Assembly: GCA_964016885.1 (NCBI GenBank)
Contig: OZ024752.1
Span: forward strand, 806,001-870,000
Direction: 5' to 3'
DNA: 64,000 nucleotides
Source: Eledone cirrhosa
Lineage: Eukaryota
Part shown: in pieces, positions 13,701 through 26,011 of the stretch
How the letters are laid out: each line of letters begins with the position of its first letter
How positions within the stretch are numbered: the first letter of the stretch is position 1
Notes under the pieces: generated by a model
The model's database searches: none
What the model was told of the DNA's origin: nothing
What the model saw: only the letters and a program-made list of their open reading frames with translations
Position numbers and translations under genes: made by a program

Positions 13701-14677
13701 TCTACAACCACCTTTTATTTCCTATAACTGGTGACCTCGACACAGTTAGCAACCTAAAAGCTTTCAAGCAAATTAATATATCTCTGATTAAGCTGTCATT
13801 TTTTTTCTGACTGAACAGCACAGCACATATTTACATCAAATGATTTGGCTTTTTGCCATGTAGGTCGGTTTTTGAACTGAGAGAGGCTAGATATTCAGCT
13901 TGAATGAGTATATATTACACATCATAAGTTGTTATATTATTCTTGTTTTTATTCCTCTACTTTCCCATACATCCAGATCTACCCTTTCTTACCCCTCTAC
14001 TTTCTCATACATCCAGATCTACCCTTTCTTACCCCTCTACTTTCCCATACATCCAGATCTACCCTTTCTCACCCCTCTACTTTCCCATACATCCAGATCT
14101 ACCCTTTCTTACCCCTCTACTTTCCCATACATCCAGATCTACCCTTTCTCACCCCTCTACTTTCCCATACATCCAGATCTACCCTTTCTCACCCCTCTAC
14201 TTTCCCATACATCCAGATCTACCCTTTCTCACCCCTCTACTTTCCCATACATCCAGATCTACCCTTTCTCACCCCTCTACTTTCCCATACATCCAGATCT
14301 ACCCTTTCTCACCCCTCTACCATTTTCTCATTGCTTGATTTTGCTTTTGTCTTTCTTTCACATTTTTAAATCTTTTTATAAAGGAACAGCATTACACTCT
14401 CTGAATCATCAAACCATGTAGTTCTCTATACAATTGATCTCCTTATTTTCTATTCTATCATTTAATCTGTCTCTATCATTTATTTTTTCTCTTTTGCAGA
14501 TTAAACACTGATATTGCATTTGCTAAAAACCATCAATTAAAATCCCTTTTGGTATTGAGTGGCATCTCAAGTTTGGAAGACATTCATAAAGCTGAGAAGA
14601 ATCCATCTGAAGGAAATCCTTATCCAGATTATTACTTGCCTTCACTAAATGAGTTTGCTCAAATTTTACCTTATTAA
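1624..14677 (+). CDS. PGP: Phosphoglycolate phosphatase / glycerol-3-phosphate phosphatase (HAD class IIA), 8 coding exons, 302 aa: join(1624-1708,5002-5069,8272-8364,9801-9938,11448-11504,11636-11783,13519-13660,14500-14677)
   Basis: Hand-spliced ORF of 909 nt with all introns GT-AG and phases consistent. It carries HAD motif I (FLFDCDGVLW), II (FVTNNSTKSR), III (IGKP) and IV (MVGDRLNTDI), plus LVLSG and PDYY at the C-terminus. PGP versus PDXP-type paralogue is not formally resolved. Confidence 0.93.
2781..2958 (+). mobile_element. tRNA-derived SINE with Nin/Deu-like core (representative of about 20 copies)
   Basis: A-box TGGCAGTATCGG, B-box GTTCAAATCC, core CTTTGCCTTTCATCCTTACGGGGTCGATAAAATAAAGTACCAG. 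Other copies near 1-90, 10057-10200, 11955-12165, 16658-16730, 35847-36440 (three), 37394-37565(-), 43530-43725(-), 44130-44320, 44728-44836(-), 46003-46188(-), 50138-50240(-), 51454-51635, 53610-53800(-), 54079-54270, 58922-59080(-), 61446-61820(-, two). Confidence 0.85.
3633..3853. mobile_element. piggyBac-type MITE
   Basis: TTAA on both sides (3629-3632, 3854-3857); TIR CCCTTTAGCAT...ATGCTAAAGGG; second copy in opposite orientation at about 17273-17462. Confidence 0.8.
4083..4645 (-). mobile_element. Degenerate RTE LINE 3' fragment
   Basis: (ATC)n tail at 4083; homologous to 5111-5737. Confidence 0.7.
5002..5069 (+). CDS. PGP: PGP exon 2 (GVLWRHLEPIPGASETVKKLKKL)
   Basis: acag| acceptor and |gttagt donor; completes DCDGVLW. 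Confidence 0.92.
5087..7820 (-). mobile_element. RTE-clade LINE, near full span but with the RT core deleted, antisense in PGP intron 2
   Basis: APE motifs LRVATLNVGTLTGR (~7320-7360) and GDFNGHVG (~6940-6960); WWWN linker (~6410); C-terminal ORF 5111-5737 (SFRYLGDQI, LHGSETW, RRLCWYGH, GRPRKTW); (GAT)n tail at ~5087-5110. Confidence 0.9.
8272..8364 (+). CDS. PGP: PGP exon 3 (GKKVFFVTNNSTKSRKDYCIKFSELGFEVKE)
   Basis: ttttcag| acceptor and |gtaagt donor; HAD motif II. Confidence 0.93.
8865..9742 (+). mobile_element. RTE-like LINE 3' fragment containing a 43-bp tandem array
   Basis: RRLALAGHVKHHNEPA...DDTGL...AMLDRVSW; (GAA)n tail at ~9728-9742. Confidence 0.7.
9151..9537 (+). repeat. 43-bp minisatellite, 9 identical copies
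   Basis: Unit CATTAGGCATAGGAGGCTTGCATTAGCTGGACATGTGAAACAT at 9151, 9194, ... 9495. Confidence 0.95.
9801..9938 (+). CDS. PGP: PGP exon 4 (SEIISTAYVAALYL...KVYLVGSKGIADELDNFGIQHTEVG)
   Basis: ttccag| acceptor and |gtgagt donor; 46 codons. Confidence 0.92.
11448..11504 (+). CDS. PGP: PGP exon 5 (PDPTHGTLSEWQNITFDPE)
   Basis: ggcag| acceptor and |gtaagc donor; phase 0/0. Confidence 0.88.
11636..11783 (+). CDS. PGP: PGP exon 6 (IKCVLIGFDQHISYMKILKAASY...FLATNEDANLPLPGEVLIPG)
   Basis: tttcag| acceptor and |gttagt donor; cap-domain GFD and ATN-D motifs. Confidence 0.93.
13519..13660 (+). CDS. PGP: PGP exon 7 (GTGTMVGAVK...IGKPHP...RALMVGDR)
   Basis: aag| acceptor and |gtagtg donor; HAD motifs III and IV. 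Confidence 0.92.
13954..14320 (+). repeat. 40-bp minisatellite, about 9 copies (PGP intron 7)
   Basis: Unit CCTCTACTTTCCCATACATCCAGATCTACCCTTTCTYACC. Confidence 0.95.
14500..14677 (+). CDS. PGP: PGP exon 8 (RLNTDIAFAK...LVLSG...YPDYYLPSLNEFAQILPY*)
   Basis: ttgcag| acceptor; TAA at 14675-14677. Confidence 0.92.
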
Positions 14678-15834
14678 TTTGCTATCTAAAACATATCAAC
14701 ACTGGAGATATGTTGTAACTTGTAGTAAAAAGACTAGGAGGAGGATTATAATCTTATTTAATGAATATTACTGTTGAAAATTAAGCAGAAGATCATAGCT
14801 GGTATATTTTAAATTAAACTGATAATGCATCCTGTCTCATAAAGTATAACTAACTCTGAAGAACTAATTTTTCATTTAAACTGTTGTTCCTTGTTCTTTG
14901 AACCTTGAACCTCTCTAAAATTATTATTAAATTATTAGTGTGTTGTTGATACAGTGTTGTATGTAATATCTTTATGAAACCTTCTATTTGTATATTCATC
15001 ATAATCATTACCTTCACCATTTTACATCTATTTTCTTGTGCTTGCATGGATTATACATGGATTGTCACATTCTGAAGTTAGACAGCTCAGATGACTGTGT
15101 CACGCCTATACATTCCATTCTGGTCCTGCATGGTTTCTATAGTTGGGTGCCAGTCATTTTACAGCATTTGCTGGGTGTGTTTTATTGTGGCACCATGACT
15201 ACCACATGACAGAGTGCGTTGGGTGCATTTTATCATGACATGGATCAAAACCACAAACATATACCTAAAACATCAAGGGGCTGAAGGAATCACTACATTC
15301 ACCAGCATCTACAATTACTCATACCAACACTGTCAAGACGCAAGTCTAGAAACTGGGCCAAATCCTAACAAGTCTAAAACCCAATGAAGCCAAAGTGAAG
15401 TAATATTATACAGATCCATCACATTTTTTAATATACCTTCAAAATTCTCGAAAGGCTAATCCTTCACATCACTAACCCACACATCCCTTCTCTCCAAATT
15501 GTAGTACAGGGTCAGACCATTAAACTCAACCACTACATTACCCAAGAACCTAACATGCAGGATAAATGCTGGTTTCAATAACAACATCTTCCATATATAC
15601 CATTCTAATTACCATTGATATTAACAAATCTTTGAACACCATTTCTTGGTATCCATTTATCAACAAAATGCTGTCATGTTGTTAAGTCTATGTAGTGTAA
15701 CAAAGTGAATACTTTCAGAACTTGCAAATTCCCAAATAGAGCCCCACAGGCTCCCACTCCCTCCATCACCTTTCCACACTTCCTTTAAACATAAACTCAG
15801 CTTCATAACTAAATCACATCACATTTACATTCTC

Positions 15835-16385
15835 TAGATATATCACATCTACACAGCTACACCACCCCTTCTCTAAACACATCACAGCTACACTACTACA
15901 TCACCTCTTATCTGGATACATCACAGCTACACTACTACATCACCCCTTCTCTAAACACATCACATCTACACAGCTACACCACCCCTTCTCTAAACACATC
16001 ACAGCTACACTACTACATCACCTCTTATCTGGATACATCACAGCTACTCCACCCCTTCTCTAGACACATCACAGCTATACAGCTACTCCACCCCTTCTCT
16101 AGATACATGACAGCTACACAGCTACACCACCCCTTCTATAGACATATCACAGCTACACAGCTACTCCAACCTATCTCCAGACATATCACAGCTACACAGC
16201 TACTCGACCCCTTCTCTAGACACATCACAGCTACACAGCTACTCCAACCCTTCGCGAGACACATCACAGCTACTCCAACCCTTTGCGAGACACATCACAG
16301 TTACTCTACCCCTTCTCCAGACATATCACAGCTACTTTACCCCTTCTCCAGACACATCACAGCTACACAGCTACTCCAATCCTAC
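15835..16385 (+). repeat. Degenerate CA-rich minisatellite (units of roughly 30-40 bp)
   Basis: Recurring ACACATCACAGCTACACAGCTACTCCA...CCCTTCTCTAG. Confidence 0.85.
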
Positions 16386-19300
16386 ACCAATAATCTAGAA
16401 ACCTCACTTCAAAACAATGATTAAGTTGCACCTAGAAAAACCCATGTCTCCCTCTTATCAGCAAGACACAAGAACATCAAATACAACCATCTATTGCAGT
16501 CAACAACTTAATCAAACCACATACACAAACAATAATAATACTAAGAGTTACGTGCACCTACCTCTACATCAGGCTCATGACTCATAGAATATATTGTAAA
16601 GAAAGTAAAATAATTCACAAACATGGTATATAAACAATACATTATATCTGTACATTTTAGAGGTTAACTTTGCCTTTCATCCTTACGGGGTCGATAAAAT
16701 AAAGTACCAGTAATGCACCAGTAATGCACTGATGAGCCTCTGGCCCTGAGCCAGACTTCAGACCTTTTTTTTAGTTCTTACTACTACTTGAAAAACCACT
16801 TCTAGACACTAATACAACTCTTCAGAATGCTATTACAACACTATCCTAGAGAATCACATTCACATACAAATAGTTGCAGCATCAATAGCCTTGCTAGCCG
16901 TAAACATGGTGTTGTGATTGACACCACCACTAATATGTGCAGAGGAAGACCCTGTTACACTCCAACTGTGTCCACCATGCCTGATTCATTGAAATTAATC
17001 ATAAAAAATCTGTAAAACAGAAAGATTGCTAATAGTTATGCAAACTCATATCTAATTTCAAACATATATATGAAGGCTTGTACCTAAACTACAGAGGTGG
17101 AAATATTTAAGTTAAATATAATGTACAAACAGCATGTTACTGCAGCATTTGATTGGTAAATCATCAATTTGATTGAGTATCAGTTACAATAAAGTGTACT
17201 TAAAATGGTTAAATTACATCAACGAAAATACATGGGTCTAATCAAGAATGTTATTGCTCTGGTTATGCTTAACCCTTTAGCATTTAAACCGGCCATATCT
17301 GGCCAGAATTCTCCCTCCTCTTTCTGTTCAAACCAGCTGTAACTGGCCACTCATACTGATGTCAAGTTATTGTTCTCAAAATAAATAATATCGAAATCAT
17401 AGATTCAATATTATGTGAGGTAAAGCCTTTACTGTGAAAATACACTAGTAAATGCTAAAGAGATAGTTGACTTAAAATTAAAATACTTGTTATTAACAAC
17501 TGATATAAAAGTCCCACGTCTAATGTACTTGTGCAGGGAATATTTTTTCTATAACTTTCACACTTTTTCCAAGATAATTCTTGTATCAACAACTGGCAGA
17601 GGTTTTTATAATGCAACTGGAAATTTTCTACAATGAACATATACATGCCACAATTAGACTTAATTTAACCCCACTTGTAAATTGGTTTAGTGTTATCACA
17701 CATCATAGAGATAATAAAAAAAACGTTTATTTAGTAATCATCATCATTATCATTGTTTTATGCCTATTTTTCACATTTGCATAGGTTATATGAATTGTCA
17801 CACTGAAGCCAGACAGGCAGGTCAGATGACTGGGTTTTACTCATAAGTTCCATTCTGGCATGGTTGCTATAGCTGCATACTCTTCCTAATGCCAATCACT
17901 TCACAACATCTACTAGATTTGTTTTCTCATGGTGCTATTACTATCACTACACTCTGACAGTGTGGACTAGGTGCTTTTTCATGGCACCAGCACAAATAAT
18001 AGAAACACAAGCTACTAAAAATTTGTTAACTCAAACATGACACATTAGACAGTCTGAATGAAATATAGATGTATAGATTGAATGGTTCTCTTCTTTGCTG
18101 TCCCTATAAAGCCCAATTGTTTAAAGGCTCTTGCAAAGCTTTTACAGCCCTCTATGTGCTCGTAATGTGTCTTAGTTCATCCAAGACATATATCTTGTAT
18201 ATTGAAATGTCGCATATCCAGTGACACCTAGCAATAAGCTGGGTGATCACTGAGTAGACATTGATGACTGCTGGAGAGATGTAGTATCTGAAATTTCAAA
18301 CTTCAAATCCCAACTATATTAAAACTAGTTGAAGACCTTAAAAACCGAAGAAAATTTGTATTACAAAAAATGTATAGAGATTATATGTGGCCTGCATTTT
18401 CGTAGAATTTTACAGCTGATTTCATAAACCACGTTGGGTTCTTTCAGTTTCGATAAAGGGTTGGTCAGTGTCATGAAAGTCTTCTTTTCGACATATTTGA
18501 AAAATGTGTTACAGTTAAAAATCTTTGAATTTACCTTCAACCATACTTATATGATGCTTCCCTTTGGCTAGTTGGTGTGGTATGGTTTATTAGGTCTGTT
18601 GCAACCATCTCACATGTAACTAACTAATCATAACACAGCTTCTATTGAAGATATTTCTATAGCAATGTTTTGTAAAATTATTAGCTTTGAAGGTCAGGAA
18701 TTATTTACCTATATTAGTCTTAAGATCTAAAGAAAAAGTGTGTGAACCAGGTAGTCTTATGTGCTTTATTTGTGGATCTTGACGTCTCTAGGTGGGTGAG
18801 GCGTACATGTTATATTCTCTTCAAGGCCAATGTTGGTTATAACATTCAAGACTTATTTAAAGAGAAGAAGCCAAACCAAATGAAATTAACACGAAAAAAG
18901 ACAAAGAAGAATAACGATTGATATTTTTTAAAAGATTTTTTATTATTTTTTTCTGAATGATGGTTGTTGTACAGAGGTTGAAATATTTCATGCTGTTTGT
19001 GGAGAAACTCACTATGCAAATCGTAAGCTGTTTTTCGTATAGAAGGAATGTAATATGAAAAGTATTAATGCTTAAGCTCTCTAGAGTGAAAAAAAAAAAG
19101 AATGATTGTAGAATAAATAGCTAATGCTGTGAATGCCAAATTTTTTCAGATTTGGTAAATATCGGACGATGAACCTTTTGCTTTTTTGCAGAGACAGACA
19201 ATTTATATTAAAACTGGAAAATATCACTTATACTATGGTATATATTACGAAAATATTGTTTGAATTTAACCAGAAAAGTTGCCTATATTTTTTTTGTTGT

Positions 19301-19758
19301 TGCTGGTGGCAAAAAGAAAATAAAGATTACAGTTACTTGGCATTAAAAATGATTGAATTTGCTGAGGAGACAAACATTTTTATCAGATCGTTTTAGAAAA
19401 TGTTCAGAAATTCTAGTTAACACAGAAATTATAGTTGAAGAAAGAAATACTTTTCAAATAGTAATAATATGAAACAATTCTTTATAAAAGAAGTAAACAA
19501 TTGGTTGATATAAAATTATTCAGATTAATGTTTTGTTTTCCAAATATTGTTAATTTGAAAGTACCAGATTTGTTTGTTATTGCAAAAATTATAACATGGA
19601 TGTTTGATATATATATGTATATATATGATCTTGGAATCTACGGTTTAGATATCTCTGCTTCATTAAATGACAGAGATATTTCGTTCAGAAAATCTAATAT
19701 AAGTCATATGGACAATCTTCAGCATAAACTGGCTTCAATTGAACATTTCTTTGAGTTT

Positions 19759-20428
19759 TTACACTGCCAAATTGAATCCTTTTGTCCATTCTAAAACATC
19801 TGAATCATGCATGCTGCCACTACTATTACTTTTTGGAACCAGAGAAGAATTGGTATATAAAGATGAGTGGTCACTAAGTAAACCACTCTTGGGTGTGCGG
19901 CTATCCTTTTTTACCAGAGCATAGTCATCTCCATTGACATAAAAATGCTGAAGGTCACGAAATACATCATCGTCACCCTTGCTTTCCTGGCTTTCCTTTC
20001 TTGCTAAAATGTCGGGATCAGAATTCTTCCGGCTAGTGAAAGAATTATCACCAATTTTCATGGTACCCATGTCAGGATATTTATTCTTTTCTTGAGTTGA
20101 ATAGTTACTTTCTGGAAATTCTTCTTCATTCTTAGAAAAATGAAAAACATTATCTTCCTTGCTAGTTGTAGAATCCATTGTCTTACCAGATTCATTTGTT
20201 GTCGAAATTAAAGAACTTTTTTTTTTGAAGAGCTTCGAATTAGAACCAGTCTTTGAATAATCACCGAGAAGATTATCTTCACTGTTCTTTGATCGACCAT
20301 TCTGTGTATCATTATCTCCTTCACCAAAATTTCCTTTCAGGTACTGGAATGATGCTAAGGGCTCGTTTGTGGTTCCGCTGTTAGAGCGTTCTTCTCTCTC
20401 TGCATTCGCAGCCAGGCACCGTCGACGT
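19759..20428 (-). CDS. Probable last coding exon of an unidentified gene (about 222 aa, low-complexity S/N/K/D-rich tail, ends ...KGFNLAV*)
   Basis: Minus-strand acceptor ccttttgtag| at 20429-20430, then an open frame RRRCLAANAEREE... continuous with ORF 19759-20178. About 220 open codons is unlikely by chance in this AT-rich DNA. Upstream exons not identified. Confidence 0.65.
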
Positions 20429-20732
20429 CTACAAAAGGCGAAGTTTAGGCATAAGACAGGATCAGAAATTTTCAGTTGTTGCTAGGAGGCGGTTTTGAAG
20501 TTCCACAAACAATCGCATTGGAAGTATTTCTGCAAAGATAGAGGACTTTCTAAGATTCAAGGAAGGATATATTATTATATGTTGTAATTCATTGCTTTGG
20601 ACCATTGCGATGGTTCATGGTTCTTGTAAAGGTCAGAATTGTATAAACCGTGAAGTCATTCCTGTATATATTCTGGTAGAAAATGGAAGTTCATTTAAAC
20701 CAGTGTTTTCCTTGAAGTAACAAGGTTTATTC

Positions 20733-20935
20733 TACAAGGGTCACCTGAAAAGTTCATAGGCTGAGTATTAAGGAGTGATGCTAGAACTGAAATCTTGCAT
20801 GCATTAATTTCAACTCTTCTTATTAATAACTACATTGTTTTTTCCCAGGGTCTATGTTGAAAAATAAACCTCATTTGGTCATTCCCTGAGAGAATCTTGG
20901 TCAGCTTATGAACTTTTTTTTTACCAACCCTCATA
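20733..20935. mobile_element. Tc1/mariner-type MITE
   Basis: TA-flanked imperfect TIRs TACAAGGGT..AAAAGTTCATAGGCTGA / TCAGCTTATGAACTTTT..ACCCTCATA. Confidence 0.6.
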
Positions 20936-21625
20936 TATTACCTAGAATAATTTATTGTAGAAACATAATAACCAAGAGATATACCTATTACTAGCTGAGT
21001 CAGTTTCAGTTATTGAATAAATTTTCAGTTTATTAATCACATTTTAATATCATTGGAAAAAGAGCTCATTTACCTTGCTCTGTGTGGACTTATGTTTGGT
21101 CTGTTGAAAGGTTCTTTGTGAAAGACATACATTCCCCAAGTTATGTTATAATTAACTATGTATCTATAGGTTTTGTAATTATACATGCTTCTGGGCTCTA
21201 TATATTGTGTGATATTTTGCATACACTGTACATATATCACTGTATACAATATATGTAGCTTAAGTGTAGTTCTTATAGATAGCACACTTTGTTATTATTC
21301 TGTTTTTTAAAATTGATTTTGGTCCCTATTTGTGTTATGTTATATATATATCTATCGTATACATATATATATATGTATACATATATATATCTATCTATCT
21401 AAGGCGGGTAAAATTCCCGAGATCCATGGACGAGTTCTCTCCAGCGGTCTCTGTCCCTCATTATTGCTGCCATGTCCTTTGGGAGCCCCTACATGGACAC
21501 ACTAGAAGAGGAAGACCAAGGTTAACGTATATTGATGCCCTAAGGACAGACACTGGTCTGTTGGAGATGCAGGACATGGCAGCGATATATATATATATAT
21601 ATATATGATATATGTATATATTATG

Positions 21626-21673
<48 letters not shown>

Positions 21674-21685
21674 GTATATATTATG

Positions 21686-21734
<49 letters not shown>

Positions 21735-21966
21735 TATGTATATATATATATATATACATATATATGTATATATTATGATATATATATATATACATATATA
21801 TGATATATGTATATATTATATATATATACATATATATATATGATATATGTATATATTATGATATATACATATATATATATGATATATGTATATATTATAA
21901 TATATATATATATTATGATATATATATATATATACATATATATATATGATATATGTATATATTATG

Positions 21967-21997
<31 letters not shown>

Positions 21998-22124
21998 ATA
22001 TATATACATATATCACATATATATGTGTGTTAAATATTTCAGTAGAAAAGATAAAAGAAAGAAGAGTTCTTTACGTATAGTACAGAACTATTTAATTACA
22101 TAATAAACAACACGATATAATTAT

Positions 22125-22192
22125 TCCATTACCAAAGGTTTCAGGAAACTAGATGATCCTTACAGAAACGTCCAGCTCATTCATCAGATAAA
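22125..22192 (-). ncRNA. Type I hammerhead ribozyme motif
   Basis: tttat-CTGATGA-[GAGCTGGA...TCTAGTTT stem II]-GAAAC-ctttg-GTA-atgga; stem I is weak (5 bp, two G-U). Confidence 0.6.
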
Positions 22193-22375
22193 TAGTTAAT
22201 CAGCTGGATGTTTCTGTAAGTATCGTCTAGTTTCCTGAAACCTTTGGTAATGGTATAATTATATTGTGTTGTTTATTATGTAATTATATATACATAAATA
22301 TCGGATCTAGCTGTCGAAACGACCAGAGCTCAGCCATCGGGGTCCTGACTCTTTTCATATTACCCACTCTACTAC

Positions 22376-22575
22376 NNNNNNNNNNNNNNNNNNNNNNNNN
22401 NNNNNNNNNNNNNNNNNNNNNNNNNNNNNNNNNNNNNNNNNNNNNNNNNNNNNNNNNNNNNNNNNNNNNNNNNNNNNNNNNNNNNNNNNNNNNNNNNNNN
22501 NNNNNNNNNNNNNNNNNNNNNNNNNNNNNNNNNNNNNNNNNNNNNNNNNNNNNNNNNNNNNNNNNNNNNNNNNNN
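22376..22575. other. Assembly gap (200 N)
   Basis: Run of n. Confidence 1.
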
Positions 22576-22747
22576 TACATATACATACATACATATATAT
22601 ATATACATACATACATACATATATATACATACATACATATATATATATACATACATACATATACATACATACATATATATACATACATACATATATATAC
22701 ATACATACATACATATATATACATACATACATACATACATACATACA

Positions 22748-22783
<36 letters not shown>

Positions 22784-22911
22784 TATATATACATACTTAT
22801 ATATATATATATATCCATATATATATATATACATATATATATATACATACACATATATACATATATATATATACTTATATATATACATACTTATATATAT
22901 ATATATATCCA

Positions 22912-22947
<36 letters not shown>

Positions 22948-23090
22948 CATACACATATATACATATATATATATATACTTATATATATATATATCCATAT
23001 ATATATATATACATACATATATATATACATACATATATATATACATACACATATATACATACACATATATACTTATATATAGATATATCC

Positions 23091-23121
<31 letters not shown>

Positions 23122-23140
23122 CATATATATATACATATAT

Positions 23141-23177
<37 letters not shown>

Positions 23178-23230
23178 TATACATATATATATACATATAT
23201 ATATACATACATATATATATACATATATCC

Positions 23231-23263
<33 letters not shown>

Positions 23264-23512
23264 TATACATATATATATACATATATATATATATATACAT
23301 ATATTTATATATATACAAATATATATACATGTATATGCAAAAGTTTTATTTAAAATTGTTGGCTTACAACAAGTAAATATTTTATAACTGATATAAAGCA
23401 CTCAAGTTTTGGAGTAGATATACGATATTAAACAAATGGAAACTATATTTATAAATATGATGAAATAAATATGGTTTTATAAATGATGAAATAAATATGG
23501 TTTTATAAATGA

Positions 23513-24613
23513 CTAGCAGTAAACCCCGGCGTTGCTCGGGGTCGCTCAGTAGCTGTGTTAAAGTTACAATGTTAAGTTTCTTTCTTGGCTTAAAAACTGT
23601 AGTGTCTACTGTGCAGACTTGCATGTGGTGTTTTTGATTAATATTCCCTCAACCAACAATATGCCTTATGAAGTTAAGAAAACATAACGATAACCCGAAT
23701 TTTATAACAAAAGAGGATGCTGGGGATAGAAACTGCACTGGTTATTTATTAACAAAGATCGAAAATGTAAACACTGCAACGCAGAGAAAAACATTAGCGT
23801 AACCAAATTATCAGTTATGTCTGTCTGCACGCCTATATCACCTCTCTGCACGACTGTCTGTCTGCACGCCTATATCACCTCTCTGCACGACTATCTGTCT
23901 GCACGCCTATATCACCTCTCTGCACGACTGTCTGTCTGCACGCCTATATCACCTCTCTGCACGACTGTCTGTCTGCACGCCTATATCACCTCTCTGCACG
24001 ACTATCTGTCTGCACGCCTATATCACCTCTCTGCACGACTATCTGTCTGCACGCCTATATCACCTCTCTGCACGACTGTCTGTCTGCACGCCTATATCAC
24101 CTCTCTGCACGACTATCTGTCTGCTCGCGTATATCACCTCTCTGCACGACTATCTGTCTGCACGACTGTCTGTCTGCACGACTGTCTGTCTGCACGCCTA
24201 ACGACGAAATATTTGCTTGTTTTACGTAGTCTTTAAATAGACTTGTTTTCAAGTAAAAATATTGTTTTAAAATGCTTTTAAATGAAAATGAAGCAAAACG
24301 GAAGCATAGTGTTCGAACTGATGAATTTTGCAGGTCAATATTTTGCTGGCTCGTAATTTTTTACGTAAGACGCTCAATGTAAACAGAACAAAGGGAAATA
24401 ACTGATAACTTACGCTCAAAAATCGATACATTATATTCGATTTCGTCACATAGGGTGGGTCAATTTGAAATTTTTTTTTTTCCGATGTCTTCGCTAGGGC
24501 TCAATGTAGAAGTATAGCAATTTCGGTGCAATTCCGTGAGAGATTCTAAGAGGAGATGTGTGCCAAAAATCGATAGACAGACAGACAACCACAGTTTTAT
24601 ATATATAGATAGA
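23513..24613 (-). mobile_element. Non-autonomous Helitron with an internal 37-bp minisatellite (~23820-24200)
   Basis: Minus strand begins TC-TATCTATATATATAAAAC and ends with a GC hairpin CCCGAGCAACGCCGGG then CTAG; sits between A and T with no TSD; carries a (GACA)n tract. Confidence 0.8.
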
Positions 24614-24869
24614 TGAAATAAATATGGTTTTATAAATATAGTTTCCATTTGTTTAACATCGTATACATGTATATATATATATACATATATATATTTAATA
24701 TCGTATACATGTATATATATATATACATATATATATACTATTATATATATACATATATATATATATATACTATTATATATACATATATATATATACATAT
24801 ATATATATATACGTATATATATTTACATATACATATATATATATATAAATATATATATATGTATACACT

Positions 24870-24911
<42 letters not shown>

Positions 24912-24994
24912 AAGTTTTATTTAAATTGTTGGGTTACAACGAGTAAATATTTATAACTGATATAAAAGCACTCAACAAATATTTGGAGTATATT

Positions 24995-25364
24995 TACGAT
25001 ATTAAATAAATGGAAACTATATTTATAAAACCATATTTATTTCATTATATATATTTCAGGGATATCATATTAAAAATATGGTATGCCTTCCTCAGACAAA
25101 ATACAATATAAACAGTCTTATAAATAGATAGATTTGACATACCTTACAACTTCAACTTCCATTTAAAAAGTTGATTTGATTCCCAAATCAACTTTTTAAA
25201 TGGAAGTTGAAGTTGTAAGGTATGTCAAATCTATCTATTTATAAGACTGTTTATATTGTATTTTGTCTGAGGAAGGCATACCATATTTTTAATATGATAT
25301 CCCTGAAATATATATAATGAAATAAATATGGTTTTATAAATATAGTTTCCATTTATTTAATATC

Positions 25365-25367
<3 letters not shown>
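24995..25367. repeat. Palindrome with 184-bp arms and a 5-nt spacer, one hammerhead motif per arm
   Basis: Arms are reverse complements around ATTCC at 25179-25183. Confidence 0.95.
25259..25324 (+). ncRNA. Minimal type I hammerhead ribozyme (mirror copy at 25038-25103, - strand)
   Basis: TATTTTGT-CTGAGGA-stem II-GAAA-tatata-TA-ATGAAATA; 8-bp stem I; palindromic stem III. Confidence 0.75.
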
Positions 25368-25417
<50 letters not shown>

Positions 25418-25474
25418 AGTACAGAATTAGCCGTCGAAACGGCTTGAGCTCAGCCGTCGGGGTCTTACTTACTC

Positions 25475-25509
<35 letters not shown>

Positions 25510-25575
25510 TATACATACATATGTATATATATACACACACATATATGTATATATATAAATATGTATATATATATG

Positions 25576-25608
<33 letters not shown>

Positions 25609-25609
25609 C

Positions 25610-25696
<87 letters not shown>

Positions 25697-25974
25697 CTAT
25701 ATATATATATACATATATATATACGTACATATATATATAAAATTGTCGGACGTGATGTGAGGAAGGCTCGGATATATATATATATATACGTAGGTCCCGG
25801 GTTGAGTCGGGGATAACCACAGTAAGTAAGGTACTCAATACATGGCAGAGTAAAAAATTTTTATTTTATAGAAGGAGCTTCTACAGGACTAGTACTGTTT
25901 CATTCTGTAGATTTCATCTGAATGAAACAGTACTAGTCCTGTAGAAGCTCCTTCTATAAAATAAAAAAATAAAA

Positions 25975-26011
<37 letters not shown>

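Noticed and set aside
13900-14421. Three overlapping repetitive ORFs
   Set aside because: Produced by a stop-free 40-bp minisatellite in PGP intron 7.
21073-21230. Candidate upstream exon for the 19759-20428 gene (AG|gtaaat donor in compatible phase)
   Set aside because: Phase match is a one-in-three chance, the acceptor lacks a pyrimidine tract and the peptide has no recognisable features.
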